The notes below the pieces were generated by a model that saw only the letters and a program-made list of their open reading frames with translations, did not search any database and was not told the DNA's origin. A stretch of DNA of 61,919 bases, filler included, from Hausera hauseri (Eukaryota): NCBI GenBank assembly GCA_046269625.1. It is 12 parts of 12 records of this genome, joined end to end, with 100 filler letters (N's around TTAATTAATTAA, not from the genome) between each part and the next. Parts side by side here need not be neighbours in the genome. Positions count along the whole stretch, not along the records: positions 56,531 to 61,919 come from JBJURY010264286.1; 11 more parts are not named here. One strand, 5' to 3'. Every line of letters starts with the position of its first letter. Positions within the stretch are counted from its first letter, which is position 1. This document shows positions 60,301 to 61,919 of the stretch, one piece after another. A program made the translations under genes and the position numbers.

Positions 60301-61919
60301 GAAACGTCATCGCCATGTTTGGAATTGCGGCAAGACTTCTCCCCATTGAAGAAAAATGCCACGCTCATTTTCGTTGCGCTCGATCCTAATTACACATAAT
60401 TATTCATACGCGTATTTAGAAGCACTAGTTCTTTAGTAATAATTTGATTAATTACAGATATATATTACATAAGAATTTTATTTCGTAAAATAGCGACTGT
60501 CTTTTAGCCATCAGGCTGAGTCTCTTTTTTTTTTTTTTTTTTGCATTACTTGCAAGTAACCTTAACTGAATTACACCCTTGATAATCGATTGAATTTTTT
60601 CATCATCTGCCTTTCTCTGCATATTTGCGAACAATAATTTTTTATTTACAATTTTGGGTTATACTGATTATTCTCTTTGGGCTGAGCCTTTGAAATGTCG
60701 ATTTTTGAACTTTTCTGTATCGACGAATTTAAAATATACACCTTATTTATTTATTTATTTCTCCTAATCACTTCTTTTTTCAGTTGCTGAACTTCCCTCG
60801 TAGCTATTTACCTCGTAATTATCACCTGACTTTTCTTTTTTCAGAATCCCAAGTTCTAGGCATCGCTCCCATCGTAAATTATTTGTGGAAGCTGAGTATA
60901 CCAGATCCCCCGACAGGAAGAAAGAAATTTTTTTACGACACTTTTACGAACCTGGCCAAAATGGAAAATTAAAGCCGGCCTGCTGAGCAGCAATTTTCAT
61001 CAATTACGCCGGTAAGTCACTCACTATACGTGAAAGCTCCTTTTTACGTGCATTCGAAACTTTTCGTTACTTTTTAATACTATGCCCCATATTTTCTCTT
61101 CTTTTTGTTTTTTATTATTAGTTTACAGAAATAATGCTGACTTCTGCTTGGTAATATATTTTAATTATATACTTGTACCATTCTTTTGTTCTACCCTCGT
61201 AACATTGTTTAAGTCTGAACTTATAACTTGAGTCGCCCTATAAACATAAATATTCTGCATAATTCGTGCAGTTAAAATATAAATTAACTTTTGTGCTATT
61301 AACTTTTTAAAATAAGCATCAAATACATGTTTGAGATAATATAACATTTATGATACATTTATGTACAAGTTTCATTGGTATTTTGACATCATCTTGTGCT
61401 ACCAAAGTTAGCTGTTCTTTGAATACTATATTCCTACCACGCTAATTACAAAGCATAGGTAAATTTTAAACATCCTTGATTTATTTACACTTGAATTTCT
61501 TTAACGGGCATTGTTTATCTTGAATCCTGATACGTTATCGCTACCTAAAGTATCTCTCGATAACTGGTAATATGTTCATTTTATTTTATTTTATTTATTT
61601 ATAATACCATCTAAATTATAGCATATTAAATAATACTCATAATAAATCTTACTAATAATATTTACACCATAATCACACTAAAATAACTCTATGAAGTACT
61701 TATTTGAAACTTTAGATTCTTATATCTCAACATACACTACAAAATTTTCATCCCTACTATTTACAGTTATCGATATCTCAATTCGATACCCCTTTCGAAT
61801 TTTTTATATATATATCTTTTAATCTGAATAAATCCTATGATAACAATTAATATTTATATCATAAATTTTCTGGGAATCGCAATTATTTACAATAAATTTT
61901 CTCGGTACTTTGCCAGTCT

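Noticed and set aside
57760-61919. Short ORFs and Cys-rich stretch (59070-59261) in the last contig
   Set aside because: No recognisable family motif; AT-rich intergenic/intronic or highly decayed repeat DNA.

Overview
This window is not one locus. It is 12 short eukaryotic contigs (about 4-9 kb, mostly AT-rich, probably invertebrate) joined by 11 identical artificial 100-nt spacers (44 N + TTAATTAATTAA + 44 N). Nearly all recognisable content is decayed mobile or viral DNA. (i) Polinton/Maverick (adintovirus-like) fragments on five contigs: A32-like packaging ATPase, rve integrase with chromodomain, penton-like minor capsids, major capsid, and two different protein-primed PolB genes. They carry accessory genes, mostly hidden from the ORF track by stops and frameshifts: a TBP-like gene, dUTPase, a RING E3 ligase and a possible OB-fold SSB. 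(ii) Ty3/Gypsy LTR retrotransposons, including one family with a conserved -1 frameshift signal and an LTR with 42-bp terminal inverted repeats. (iii) Tc1/mariner, maT, hAT, P-like, LINE and SINE remnants. (iv) One contig (29320-33719, minus strand) encoding a decayed viral-type polyprotein: inactive DEDDh-exonuclease-like, ubiquitin-like and Bcl-2-like domains upstream of a chuvirus-like class III fusion glycoprotein. The best candidates for novelty are this Bcl-2/Env polyprotein and the TBP-encoding Polinton. All domain calls are by-eye motif recognition and need profile or structure confirmation. No rRNA, tRNA, CRISPR or prokaryotic operons were seen.
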